From: Oscillospiraceae bacterium
GTDB taxonomy: Bacteria; Bacillota; Clostridia; Oscillospirales; CAG-382
Assembly (NCBI GenBank): GCA_015065165.1
Contig: SVQU01000001.1
Coordinates: 36,632-100,631 of the forward strand
Reading direction: 5' to 3'
Length of the DNA stretch: 64,000 nt
A program made the position numbers and the translations under genes. Below, piece after piece: positions 36,650-45,892 of the stretch. Position 1 is the first letter of the stretch, and every line of letters starts with the position of its first letter. The notes under the pieces were generated by a model, which saw nothing but the letters and a program-made list of their open reading frames with translations, had not been told where the DNA came from and did no database searches.

Positions 36650-37708
36650 ATGGCTGTTAAAGACACAAAGGATAGCAAAAGATTAGCGCTTGAAACAGCG
36701 CTTGCACAAATAGAAAAACAGTGCGGTAAAGGCTCGATAATGCGCCTTGGTGAGAATGCGGGAATGGAAGTTAAAAGCGTTTCCACAGGCTCTCTTTCTC
36801 TTGACGTTGCTTTGGGCATCGGCGGTGTTCCCAAAGGAAGAATCATTGAAATATACGGACCTGAATCTTCCGGTAAAACAACCTTGGCGCTTCACGTGAT
36901 TGCCGAGGTTCAAAAGGAGGGCGGGGAAGCGGCTTTTATCGATGCGGAGCACGCACTTGATCCTATCTATGCACGCGCTCTCGGTGTTGATACCGATTCA
37001 CTTCTGGTTTCTCAGCCCGATTACGGCGAACAGGCTTTGGAAATTACAGAGGCGTTGGTTCGTTCAGGCGCTGTAGAGGTTGTTGTTGTAGACTCGGTTG
37101 CCGCATTGGTACCTAAAAGTGAAATCGACGGCGATATGGGCGATTCTCACGTTGGCTTGCACGCTAGACTTATGTCCCAGGCGCTTCGTAAGCTCTCGGG
37201 TGCTATTGCCAAATCCAACTGTATTGTTATATTCATCAACCAGCTTCGTGAAAAGGTTGGTGTTATGTACGGAAACCCCGAAACCACCACCGGCGGACGT
37301 GCGCTTAAATTCTACGCTTCTGTTCGTTTGGACGTTCGTAAATCCGAACAGCTTAAAAACGGCAGTGAAATTGTGGGTAACCACGTTAAGGTTAAGGTTG
37401 TCAAAAACAAGGTTGCGCCTCCTTTCCGTACCGCAGAATTCGATATAATTTACGGCAAGGGCATTTCCAAGGAAAGCGAAATTATCGAGCTTGGTATCAA
37501 TTGCGGTGTTATTGATAAAAGTGGTTCTTGGCTTTCTTACAATGGCGAAAAGCTTGGTCAAGGTAAGGATAAGGTTAGAATGTTGTTAGAAGAAAACGTT
37601 GCTTTGGCAGAAGAACTTTCTGAAAAAATCATGGCTCATTTCAGCGATGATCCTCAGCAAATTATAGCCGACACCGTTGATGACGACGATTTGTTCGACG
37701 AGGAATAA
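36650..37708 (+). CDS. recA: Recombinase A
   Basis: Motifs [10 protein letters not shown]-like ([10 protein letters not shown]), [12 protein letters not shown] and [25 protein letters not shown] at 36650. Confidence 0.95.
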   Translation: MAVKDTKDSKRLALETALAQIEKQCGKGSIMRLGENAGMEVKSVSTGSLSLDVALGIGGVPKGRIIEIYGPESSGKTTLALHVIAEVQKEGGEAAFIDAEHALDPIYARALGVDTDSLLVSQPDYGEQALEITEALVRSGAVEVVVVDSVAALVPKSEIDGDMGDSHVGLHARLMSQALRKLSGAIAKSNCIVIFINQLREKVGVMYGNPETTTGGRALKFYASVRLDVRKSEQLKNGSEIVGNHVKVKVVKNKVAPPFRTAEFDIIYGKGISKESEIIELGINCGVIDKSGSWLSYNGEKLGQGKDKVRMLLEENVALAEELSEKIMAHFSDDPQQIIADTVDDDDLFDEE

Positions 37709-37717
37709 TATATAACA

Positions 37718-38335
37718 ATGCATACAATTGACAGCGTTCGTCGTAATGATGACAGCAACGAGGCTGTCGTAATATGTGATGGCGAATACTTTAGAATTAC
37801 CGTTCACGATCTTGATAATCTAGAGGTTGAAGATGGTTCTCTGATTGATGACGAAACCTTTGAATATCTCGAGGAAGCGGCAGAAAGGCTTTCGTGTATT
37901 AAAAAAGCCTTCGACTTTTTATCATACGGCGACCTATCCGAAAAACAATTGCGGGACAAATTAACGCGTAAGTTTGATAAGAACTTGTCGGCAGACGTAT
38001 CCGCTTTATTCGTAGAGCGTGGGTATATTGACGATCTTAAGCTTGCAGAAAAATATGTAGAAACCTTTTATGAGTTTAAAAATATGGGGTTTTCGCGTAT
38101 AAGAGCAGAGTTGTTCCGACGCGGTATTTCCCGCGAGAACATTGATTTGGCTTTGGAAAAGTATGAGGACGAAGACCAAAGCGAAAGAGTTGAAGAGTTT
38201 GTACGTAAAAAATATGACGTTTCCCGTTTAAATGACGTTAATTATCGCAGAAAGGTTTATGCAGGAGCAATTCGAGCAGGTTTTGCCGGCAGCGATATAA
38301 GTGATTTTTTAAGAAATTTTGAAAGTGAGTACTAA
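37718..38335 (+). CDS. recX: RecA regulator RecX
   Basis: 205 aa, helical-repeat protein directly after recA. Contains LSYGDLSEKQLRDKL...ERGYIDD. Confidence 0.75.
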   Translation: MHTIDSVRRNDDSNEAVVICDGEYFRITVHDLDNLEVEDGSLIDDETFEYLEEAAERLSCIKKAFDFLSYGDLSEKQLRDKLTRKFDKNLSADVSALFVERGYIDDLKLAEKYVETFYEFKNMGFSRIRAELFRRGISRENIDLALEKYEDEDQSERVEEFVRKKYDVSRLNDVNYRRKVYAGAIRAGFAGSDISDFLRNFESEY

Positions 38336-38336
38336 T

Positions 38337-39662
38337 ATGGCAATTAAAGTGGGTTTTGTTTCTCTTGGTTGTCCTAAAAACCTTATAAACACAGAAGTGA
38401 TGCTGTCTAAATTGGTTGACCACGGTATGAAAATCGTAGCTGAAGATATAGATGCGGACGTTGTGGTTATTAACACCTGCGCATTTATCGAAAGTGCAAA
38501 AAATGAAGCGATCGACAATATCTTGGATATTGCTTGGTTAAAGAAGAATCGTTCGCTCAAAGGGATTGTCGTAACCGGCTGTTTACCTCAAAGATATAAG
38601 GAAGAATTTTTGAAAGAGCTTCCCGAGGTTAACTGCATTTTGGGCACGGGTTCGATAGACGATATATGTGAAGCGGTTGAAGTGGCATACAAGGGAGGCA
38701 CTTTTAGCAGCTTTAAAGACGTTAACGAAGCCCCTCTCGGCGGTGAACGAGTTATTACCACACCCGATTACTTTGCATACGTTCAAATTGCAGAGGGCTG
38801 TGATAACAGATGTACATATTGCGTTATCCCCGATATCAGAGGTAAATTCCGCAGCCGTAATATGTCTGATATTGTAGAAGAAGTTGAAAACCTTGCCTCC
38901 ATGGGAATTAAGGAAATTTGTTTGGTTGCACAAGACACTACCAGATATGGCGAAGATATATATGGTACTTATGCTCTCGACAGCCTTATTTCGGAGCTAT
39001 CTACTATTGAGGGTATCGAGTGGATAAGAGTTTTATATTGCTATCCCGACAGAATTACCGACGGACTTATCGCTGAGTTCAAGAATAATGATAAATTGCT
39101 TAAGTATATCGACATGCCCATTCAGCATATTAATGATGATATACTCAAGAATATGAATCGCCGTGATACCACTGAAAGCATAAAAAATGTTATAGCAAAA
39201 TTGCGTAGCGAGGTTCCCGAAATAGTTATCAGAAGTACTGTTATCGTTGGATTCCCAGGGGAAACCGAAAAACAGTTTAATGAATTGCGCAAATTCGTAA
39301 AAGAGACAAAATTCGAACGTCTTGGCGTTTTTGAATATTCCCGCGAGGAGGGAACTCCTGCGTATGATATGCCTAAACAGGTTTCTAAATCAACCAAGCA
39401 GAAGCGTTGTGAAGCTATAATGAGCGATCAAAACCGAATTCACAACGATTTTAACGCCAAATTTATCGATAAAACCCTTACGGTAATTTGCGAAGGCTAT
39501 GACCAGGTTTCGGAATGCTTTTTCGGACGTTCTTATGCTGATGCGCCTGATATAGACGGTAAAGTGTATTTTACCGCACCCAAGCGTATAAATGAGGGCG
39601 AATTTGTATCGGTAAAAATAACCGAGGTATTGGATTACGATTTATTTGGTAAAGTTTGCTGA
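38337..39662 (+). CDS. rimO: Ribosomal protein S12 methylthiotransferase
   Basis: UPF0004 N-terminus (VGFVSLGCPKN, NTCAFI), radical-SAM CDNRCTYC and a TRAM C-terminus. Confidence 0.85.
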   Translation: MAIKVGFVSLGCPKNLINTEVMLSKLVDHGMKIVAEDIDADVVVINTCAFIESAKNEAIDNILDIAWLKKNRSLKGIVVTGCLPQRYKEEFLKELPEVNCILGTGSIDDICEAVEVAYKGGTFSSFKDVNEAPLGGERVITTPDYFAYVQIAEGCDNRCTYCVIPDIRGKFRSRNMSDIVEEVENLASMGIKEICLVAQDTTRYGEDIYGTYALDSLISELSTIEGIEWIRVLYCYPDRITDGLIAEFKNNDKLLKYIDMPIQHINDDILKNMNRRDTTESIKNVIAKLRSEVPEIVIRSTVIVGFPGETEKQFNELRKFVKETKFERLGVFEYSREEGTPAYDMPKQVSKSTKQKRCEAIMSDQNRIHNDFNAKFIDKTLTVICEGYDQVSECFFGRSYADAPDIDGKVYFTAPKRINEGEFVSVKITEVLDYDLFGKVC

Positions 39663-39693
39663 TTTTGTTTAATCTCTTGATGGAGGAAATTCT

Positions 39694-40311
39694 ATGAATC
39701 TTCCCAACAAATTAACATTAGGAAGAATAATAATCATCCCGTTTTTTGTATTTTTCTTGGTTTACAATCTGTTTGATAATCCTAATATAAGCCGTTTGAT
39801 CTCGGCAACATTGTTTATTATTGCATCCGTAACCGATTTTCTTGACGGTTATCTGGCTCGTTCGCGAAATTTAATTACCGATTTCGGTAAGTTTATGGAC
39901 CCGTTAGCGGATAAGTTTTTGATATTGGGTGCGATGTTTGCTATATGCTTTTCGGATTATATTTTCGATTATCAGGCGGTTGGCTTTGAAACTGTAATTT
40001 CGGTGGAAATAATTAAGCATTTGTTCTTTTGGACTGCTATTGTGGTTGTTTTCAGAGAGCTTGCTGTTACTTCTATGCGTTTGGTTGTTGCAAAATCAAG
40101 CGGCGCTGTTATTGCGGCAAGCAGTTTGGGCAAGATTAAAACCGTAACACAGATTGTAGCAACCTGTGCTGTGATGCTGGAGCCTGTGATTTTGCCGTTT
40201 TGCCAGGGAATAATCACCTTGATTTCCACGGTACTTATGCTGGCATTTACCTTGATTTCGGGTATAAATTATATAATGACATATTGGAAGTTTATTAACA
40301 CAAATAAATAA
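39694..40311 (+). CDS. pgsA: CDP-diacylglycerol-glycerol-3-phosphate 3-phosphatidyltransferase
   Basis: CDP-alcohol phosphotransferase motif DFLDGYLARSRNLITDFGKFMDPLADK. Confidence 0.85.
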   Translation: MNLPNKLTLGRIIIIPFFVFFLVYNLFDNPNISRLISATLFIIASVTDFLDGYLARSRNLITDFGKFMDPLADKFLILGAMFAICFSDYIFDYQAVGFETVISVEIIKHLFFWTAIVVVFRELAVTSMRLVVAKSSGAVIAASSLGKIKTVTQIVATCAVMLEPVILPFCQGIITLISTVLMLAFTLISGINYIMTYWKFINTNK

Positions 40312-40321
40312 GAGGAAAACC

Positions 40322-41713
40322 ATGAAGCTTTTTAATACACTTACTAAACAAAAAGAAGAATTTGTTATTCGCGACGGCAAGGTAAGGATGTACGTTTGCG
40401 GTCCTACCGTTTATAACTATTTTCATATAGGAAATGCAAGATGTTTTGTTGTTTTCGATATGTTACGCCGTTATTTGGAATATCGTGGAAACGAGGTTAC
40501 TTTCGTTCAGAACTTTACCGATGTTGACGATAAGCTTATTCGCGCGGCAAAGGAAAACAACACTACTGTTCCTGAAATCGCCGAAAAGTATATTAAAGAA
40601 TACTTTACCGATGCTCGCGGTCTTGGTGTAAAGGATGCTACTATTCATCCCCGCGCTACAGAAAACATCGATAAGATAATTGAAATTATCGAAAAACTTA
40701 TCGAAAACGGACACGCATACGTTTCGGGTAACGACGTATACTTTGATTCTCAAAGCGATGGTGAATACGGCAAACTTTCTCACCATAATTTGGATGAATT
40801 AGAGGCGGGCGCACGTATCGACGTTAATGAAACAAAGAAACATCCCTTTGACTTTGCTCTATGGAAGGGCAAAAAAGAGGAAGGGGAGATTTCTTGGGTA
40901 TCACCTTGGGGTGAAGGACGTCCCGGCTGGCACATCGAATGCTCGGCGATGGTTAACAAATATCTTGGCACCGATATCGACATCCATGGCGGTGGTGTTG
41001 ACTTGGTATTCCCTCACCACGAAAATGAAATTGCACAAAGCGAATGTGCAACCGGCTGCACCCTTGCAAGATTTTGGCTGCACAACGGACATATAAACGT
41101 AGATAATAAGAAAATGAGCAAATCTGCAGGAAACTTCTTCCTTGTTAGAGATGCTTCGGGTAAATTCGGTTATAAAGCTGTTAGATTTTTCTTGTTGTCT
41201 TCACACTACAGAAGCCCTATCAACTATAGCGACGATATTCTTACACAGGCTTCTGCGGCGGTTGACAGATTGAATAACTGTCTTAACAATATCGAATTCG
41301 CTTCAAAAAATGCAAGCGGAGAGTTGTCTGATAGAGAAAAAGAAAGTATCGTTTTGCTTAATGCCAAGCAGGCAAGTTTTATAGAAGCAATGGATGATGA
41401 TTTGAACACTGCTGATGCTATCGGCTTCCTATTTGAAATGACAAGAGATATCAATATCACTATTGCGAACGGTGCTTCTGCTGATTATATCGATGCAGTT
41501 AACAGTATATACGTTCCTCTTTGTGAGCTTCTTGGTTTCGGTAAAGATAAAGAAGACGAAGACACCGCATATATCGAAGAAATGATTCAAAAGCGCACTG
41601 AAGCCAAAAAAGCAAAGAATTATGCCGAAGCCGACGCTATACGCAATAAGCTACGCGAAGAAGGTATAATTCTTGAAGATACGCCTCAAGGTGTAAAATG
41701 GAAAAGAGCTTAG
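40322..41713 (+). CDS. cysS: Cysteine-tRNA ligase
   Basis: Motifs [17 protein letters not shown] (HIGH), GWHIECSAM and KMSKS. Confidence 0.95.
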   Translation: MKLFNTLTKQKEEFVIRDGKVRMYVCGPTVYNYFHIGNARCFVVFDMLRRYLEYRGNEVTFVQNFTDVDDKLIRAAKENNTTVPEIAEKYIKEYFTDARGLGVKDATIHPRATENIDKIIEIIEKLIENGHAYVSGNDVYFDSQSDGEYGKLSHHNLDELEAGARIDVNETKKHPFDFALWKGKKEEGEISWVSPWGEGRPGWHIECSAMVNKYLGTDIDIHGGGVDLVFPHHENEIAQSECATGCTLARFWLHNGHINVDNKKMSKSAGNFFLVRDASGKFGYKAVRFFLLSSHYRSPINYSDDILTQASAAVDRLNNCLNNIEFASKNASGELSDREKESIVLLNAKQASFIEAMDDDLNTADAIGFLFEMTRDINITIANGASADYIDAVNSIYVPLCELLGFGKDKEDEDTAYIEEMIQKRTEAKKAKNYAEADAIRNKLREEGIILEDTPQGVKWKRA

Positions 41714-42102
41714 AATTCATCAAACGAAATTACAGTCCGTTGGTCCTTGCGTACCTTGGAGATTCCTTTTATGAAACTCTGGCAAGGGAATATGTGATTT
41801 CTGACGGTGATTGTGTGGTTTCTAAGTTGAACGAAACTATCAAAAGTATAATAACCGCGGTTTCGCAAAGCAAGATTGTGGCAATTGTTTTGCCCGAACT
41901 GACAGAAACCGAAACATGGTTCTACAAATCCGGCAGAAATGCAAGAAATACTCACCATGCCAGAAGTGCCGAAGCAGTAGAATACCGACGTGCTACGGGT
42001 TTGGAATGTTTATATGGTTATTATTACTTGTCGGGCAATTATAAACGTGCAAAAGAGCTGTTTATATTTGCAATGAAGCGTTTGGAAAATACAGAGGGGT
42101 GA
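41698..42102 (+). CDS. mrnC: Mini-ribonuclease III
   Basis: 134 aa. Motif LAYLGDSFYETLAREYV. Its start overlaps the end of cysS. Confidence 0.8.
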   Translation: MEKSLEFIKRNYSPLVLAYLGDSFYETLAREYVISDGDCVVSKLNETIKSIITAVSQSKIVAIVLPELTETETWFYKSGRNARNTHHARSAEAVEYRRATGLECLYGYYYLSGNYKRAKELFIFAMKRLENTEG

Positions 42103-42107
42103 AAACT

Positions 42108-42716
42108 ATGGTTGAACTTACTCAAAAGGAAAAAGAAATTTATGAATATATAACCGAATGTCTTGACAAGAACGGTTATGCGCCTTCTGTCAGGGATATT
42201 TGCAGTGCAGTCGGTATTAAATCAACTTCGTCTGTGCACGAATATCTCCGCCGTTTGGAAACCAAGGGATATATTAAAAAATCCTCGGGCAAGAGTCGAG
42301 CGTTGAGTATCGACGGCGAAAAGCGTGCAGATTCGGCAAGAATGGAACGCGTTCCGATTTTGGGGCGTGTTACAGCCGGGCAACCTATTCTTGCTGTTGA
42401 AAATTACGAAGGTTACGTAGATTTTCCGTCTTCAATGGCACGCGGCAAGGCGAATTTGTTTGCTTTGCGTGTTATGGGTGAAAGTATGATCGAGGCAGGA
42501 ATACTTGATGGAGATATCGTTGTTGTCGAAAGCAAGAGATATGCTGACGATGGAGAAATAGTTGTGGCAATGATAGAGGATGAAGCAACGGTTAAGCGTT
42601 TTTACAGAGAAAGCGATAAGATCAGGCTTCAACCCGCAAACCACACTATGCAACCGATTTATAGCAGGGATGTTACTATTCTTGGTAAAGTGATTGCTAA
42701 TTTTAGGTTTTATTAA
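42108..42716 (+). CDS. lexA: SOS repressor LexA
   Basis: N-terminal wHTH (YAPSVRDICSAVGIKSTSSVHEYL) and an S24 peptidase domain (VMGESMIEAGILDGDIVVV, ATVKRF). The ATG at 42108 lies 5 nt after the mrnC stop. Confidence 0.9.
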   Translation: MVELTQKEKEIYEYITECLDKNGYAPSVRDICSAVGIKSTSSVHEYLRRLETKGYIKKSSGKSRALSIDGEKRADSARMERVPILGRVTAGQPILAVENYEGYVDFPSSMARGKANLFALRVMGESMIEAGILDGDIVVVESKRYADDGEIVVAMIEDEATVKRFYRESDKIRLQPANHTMQPIYSRDVTILGKVIANFRFY

Positions 42717-42788
42717 TGTCTGAATTCCGCTTAAATAAAAATACATAAATAAACTCTTAAAAAATATGAAATTTTATATATTTTGCTA

Positions 42789-42818
42789 TTGACATTTGGG
42801 GTATGTTTGTGTTATTCT
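42789..42818 (+). promoter_or_regulatory. Promoter of tRNA-Lys
   Basis: TTGACA-18 nt-TATTCT with an extended TGt; the same TGTGTTATTCT as at recA. Confidence 0.55.
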
Positions 42819-42838
42819 ATTTGGGCGGTTGCAGATAT

Positions 42839-42914
42839 GATCCATTAGCTCAGCCGGTAGAGCACATGACTTTTAATCATGGTGTCCGGAGTTCGATTCT
42901 CCGATGGATCACCA
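42839..42914 (+). tRNA. tRNA-Lys (anticodon UUU)
   Basis: Manual cloverleaf fold. Acceptor GATCCAT/ATGGATC, D-arm GCTC/GAGC, anticodon stem CATGA/TCATG with loop CTTTTAA, T-arm CGGAG-TTCGATT-CTCCG, encoded CCA. Confidence 0.85.
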
Positions 42915-42916
42915 AA

Positions 42917-42948
42917 AAGCCGAACACTGTAACGGTGTTCGGCTTTTT
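42917..42948 (+). terminator. Intrinsic terminator after tRNA-Lys
   Basis: 11-bp stem AAGCCGAACAC/GTGTTCGGCTT plus a T-run. Confidence 0.8.
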
Positions 42949-42977
42949 CGATAATTATTTAAAAGGAGATTACCGCT

Positions 42978-43469
42978 ATGAATAATATTGTTAATGCAGA
43001 AATCGTAATGGAAAACGGCGGAGTAATTAAGCTTGAGCTTTATCCCGACGTTGCACCCATCACTGTCGAAAACTTTGTCAAGCTTGCAAACGAGAAGTTT
43101 TACGACGGTTTGATTTTCCACCGAGTGATTTCGGGTTTTATGATTCAGGGCGGAGATCCCAACGGCGTGGGCACAGGCGGTCCAGGTTGGCAAATTAAGG
43201 GCGAATTTGCACTTAACGGTGTTGCAAATGATATTTCGCACGAACGTGGTGTTATTTCTATGGCACGCTCTATGGCTTACGATAGCGCAGGTAGCCAGTT
43301 CTTCATCTGCCACGCAGACAGCACTTTCCTTGACGGTCAGTATGCCGCATTCGGTAAAGTAACCGAAGGTATTGAAGTTGTTGATGAAATTGCCGACGTA
43401 GCTACCAACGCTTATGATAAGCCTCTTGTAGAACAAAAAATGAAATCCGTTAGAATTATCGCGGAATAA
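42978..43469 (+). CDS. ppiB: Cyclophilin-type peptidyl-prolyl cis-trans isomerase
   Basis: Motifs FHRVISGFMIQGGDP and SMARS...GSQFFI. Confidence 0.9.
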   Translation: MNNIVNAEIVMENGGVIKLELYPDVAPITVENFVKLANEKFYDGLIFHRVISGFMIQGGDPNGVGTGGPGWQIKGEFALNGVANDISHERGVISMARSMAYDSAGSQFFICHADSTFLDGQYAAFGKVTEGIEVVDEIADVATNAYDKPLVEQKMKSVRIIAE

Positions 43470-43484
43470 TAACGAGTTGTTGAT

Positions 43485-45137
43485 ATGTTAAATAAATTTT
43501 TAGATAAGATCGATTTCGATTCTTATGAAGACTTCAAAGCGAATTACAAAGTAAATATACCCGAAGGCTTCAACTTTGCTTATGATATTGTTGATGCTTG
43601 GGCAGAGCAGGATGTTAACAAGCCTGCTTTGTTGTACTGCACTGACGACGGTGCACGTGTAAATTACACCTTTGATGATTTGCGTAAGCTTTCCAACAAA
43701 GCCGCTAATTTCTTTGTATCTAAGGGTATTTCTAAGGGCGACAGAGTTATGCTTATGCTTAAGCAACGTCCCGAAGCCTGGATTTGTATTCTTGCGTTGT
43801 GTAAAATCGGCGCAGTTTGTATTCCTGCTACCTTCCAGCTTACGCAGAAGGATATTGTGTACCGTTGCAACGCCGCAAAAGTTAAGATGATCGTTGCTGT
43901 TGATGATGAACATATAATTAAAGCCATTACCGATGCAATGCCTGAATGCGAAACGCTTCAGAATATAGGAATTGTTGGAGAGGTTATTCCTGAAGGTTTT
44001 ATTGATTTCAGAAATACCTATTGCGATTTCAGCGATGAACTTATTCGTATTCCCAACGATGTTAAAGATCCTATGCTTTTGTATTTCTCGTCGGGTACAA
44101 CGGGTATGCCTAAAATGATTTTGCATAATTATGCGTATCCTATCGGTCATATTCTTACGGCAAAATATTGGCAGCACGTTGAAGAAGGCAAGCTACATTT
44201 AACTATGTCCGATTCCGGTTGGGCAAAGTTTGCTTGGGGTAAAATATACGGTCAATGGATTTGCGGTGCAGTTATCGTTGCTTATGATAACGAAAAGTTC
44301 AACGCTAAAAATACCCTTGAGCTTATTCAGGAAATTAAGCTTACCACCTTCTGCGCACCTCCTACGATTTTCCGTTTCTTAATTAAAGAAGATATTTCGA
44401 AATACGATTTCTCGTCTATTAAGCATTGTTGCATAGCAGGTGAGCCCCTTAACCCCGAAGTATTTTATAAGTTTAAAGAGCTTACGGGTCTTACCTTAAC
44501 CGAGGGATTTGGTCAGACAGAAACCCCCGTTTTGCTTGCTAATTATGACGGAGTTGAAATCAAGCCCGGATCTACAGGTAAACCTTCGCCCGATTTTGAT
44601 ATTGATATTGTTGACGAAAACGGAAACAGCTGTGAGGATGGTATCGTAGGTTCTATCGTTATAAAGAATCTTTCCAAGCATTATCCCGCAGGTCTTTTCC
44701 AAGGTTATCAAGAGGACGATGCGGCTAATGAGAGAGCGTTTGCAAACGATTGTTATAACACAGGCGACACCGCTTGGCGCGATGCTGACGGATATTATTG
44801 GTTCGTTGGCAGAAACGATGACGTTATTAAGTGTTCGGGTTACCGTATAGGTCCCTTTGAGGTTGAAAGTGCCTTGATGATGCATCCCTCCGTGTTAGAG
44901 TGCGCAGTTACTGCCGCACCCGACCCTGTAAGAGGACAGGTTGTTAAGGCAACTATTGTTCTTGCAAAAGGCTATACCGCAAGCGAGGAGCTTAAGAAGG
45001 AAATACAGAACCACGTTAAGAAGGTTACTGCACCTTATAAATATCCCAGAATTGTAGAATTCGTTACTGAATTGCCCAAAACCATAAGCGGAAAAATTAA
45101 ACGTTCTACCATTCGTCAAAACGAGAATAATGGATAA
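43485..45137 (+). CDS. AMP-forming acyl-CoA synthetase (medium-chain/ACSM-like)
   Basis: 550 aa. Motifs YFSSGTTGMPK, GYRIGPFEVESAL and SGKIKR. Confidence 0.85.
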   Translation: MLNKFLDKIDFDSYEDFKANYKVNIPEGFNFAYDIVDAWAEQDVNKPALLYCTDDGARVNYTFDDLRKLSNKAANFFVSKGISKGDRVMLMLKQRPEAWICILALCKIGAVCIPATFQLTQKDIVYRCNAAKVKMIVAVDDEHIIKAITDAMPECETLQNIGIVGEVIPEGFIDFRNTYCDFSDELIRIPNDVKDPMLLYFSSGTTGMPKMILHNYAYPIGHILTAKYWQHVEEGKLHLTMSDSGWAKFAWGKIYGQWICGAVIVAYDNEKFNAKNTLELIQEIKLTTFCAPPTIFRFLIKEDISKYDFSSIKHCCIAGEPLNPEVFYKFKELTGLTLTEGFGQTETPVLLANYDGVEIKPGSTGKPSPDFDIDIVDENGNSCEDGIVGSIVIKNLSKHYPAGLFQGYQEDDAANERAFANDCYNTGDTAWRDADGYYWFVGRNDDVIKCSGYRIGPFEVESALMMHPSVLECAVTAAPDPVRGQVVKATIVLAKGYTASEELKKEIQNHVKKVTAPYKYPRIVEFVTELPKTISGKIKRSTIRQNENNG

Positions 45138-45549
45138 ATTGTATTCAAAGGCTGCGCTTATCACAAAGGCTGTGTTTTGCGTATGCCTTTCTCCTCTTTA
45201 TATGTTATTATCAGCCTTATTAACGATAGAAGACGGATTTTTGTATTTGGTTTTTTCTATTGTTCCCGTTGTTTGCCTATATACAATTCCGTTTTGGATA
45301 ACGTTGATTTTTATAAAAAAATATCCCGTGGTTAAAATAGGGAAGTATGCACTTTTTGATTGTTTGTGTTGCTTTGCGCCTGCAGTGCTTGGTATGGTTT
45401 TGGCAGACGTTGCATATACTGTTGCGTGGGGTGCCACAAATGTTTCTGGAATAATGACATTAATATTTGTTGTGATATATTTAATTATCACTTTGGTGTT
45501 TGTTTTATTGTATTTTCTTTTTTCGTATAAATTAAAGAGCCGCCCTTAG
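45130..45549 (+). CDS. Hypothetical 4-TM membrane protein
   Basis: 139 aa. Its start overlaps the stop of the acyl-CoA synthetase. Its last 10 nt overlap the 5' end of tRNA-Arg. Confidence 0.5.
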   Translation: MDKLYSKAALITKAVFCVCLSPLYMLLSALLTIEDGFLYLVFSIVPVVCLYTIPFWITLIFIKKYPVVKIGKYALFDCLCCFAPAVLGMVLADVAYTVAWGATNVSGIMTLIFVVIYLIITLVFVLLYFLFSYKLKSRP

Positions 45550-45616
45550 CTCAGCTGGATAGAGTAACGCATTCCGATTGCGTTGGTCGAGGGTTCGAAT
45601 CCCCCAGGGCGGGCCA
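45540..45616 (+). tRNA. tRNA-Arg (anticodon CCG)
   Basis: Manual fold. Acceptor CCGCCCT/AGGGCGG, D-arm GCTC/GAGT, anticodon stem ACGCA/TGCGT with loop TTCCGAT, T-arm GAGGG-TTCGAAT-CCCCC (one A-C mismatch), discriminator G, encoded CCA. Confidence 0.8.
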
Positions 45617-45621
45617 GAAAA

Positions 45622-45651
45622 AGACCAACTCGCATGAGTTGGTCTTTTTTT
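45622..45651 (+). terminator. Intrinsic terminator after tRNA-Arg
   Basis: 10-bp stem AGACCAACTC/GAGTTGGTCT, loop GCAT, T7 run. Confidence 0.85.
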
Positions 45652-45823
45652 AACTAAATCCGCCTTCGTCGGAAGAAATCCACCCGCGGTGGATAAAATC
45701 GCTTCGCGATGAAATCTGCCTTACGTCAGGATAAGAAGGCGGATTTAATTTCATCTGAGGCGGTACGCCGAAGATTTCATCCGAGCAAAGTGAGGATTTC
45801 ATCGTGCGTAGCACGACTTCATT
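45652..45823. repeat. Inverted array of eight degenerate 9-mers (GATTTCATC and complement), each next to a short GC-rich hairpin
   Basis: Left arm units on the plus strand start at 45652, 45672, 45692 and 45708 (NANNAAATC). Right arm units start at 45747, 45773, 45795 and 45815 (GATTTCATY). A 12-bp perfect inverted repeat AAATCCGCCTTC / GAAGGCGGATTT lies at 45656-45667 and 45735-45746. Confidence 0.75.
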
Positions 45824-45848
45824 GATGCGCTGCAATTCCCGCAACTCC

Positions 45849-45877
45849 TTGCAATCTCCCCGATTTTATGCTATACT
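45849..45877 (+). promoter_or_regulatory. Sigma-A type promoter for 45893-46564
   Basis: TTGCAA-17 nt-TATACT. Confidence 0.55.
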
Positions 45878-45892
45878 AAAGATAGAAAGGCG

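Noticed and set aside
45650-45844. 64-aa minus-strand ORF downstream of tRNA-Arg
   Set aside because: It coincides with the 9-mer/hairpin array. Its apparent internal repeats (ISS..DF/DEI) merely mirror the DNA repeats, and no RBS precedes it.
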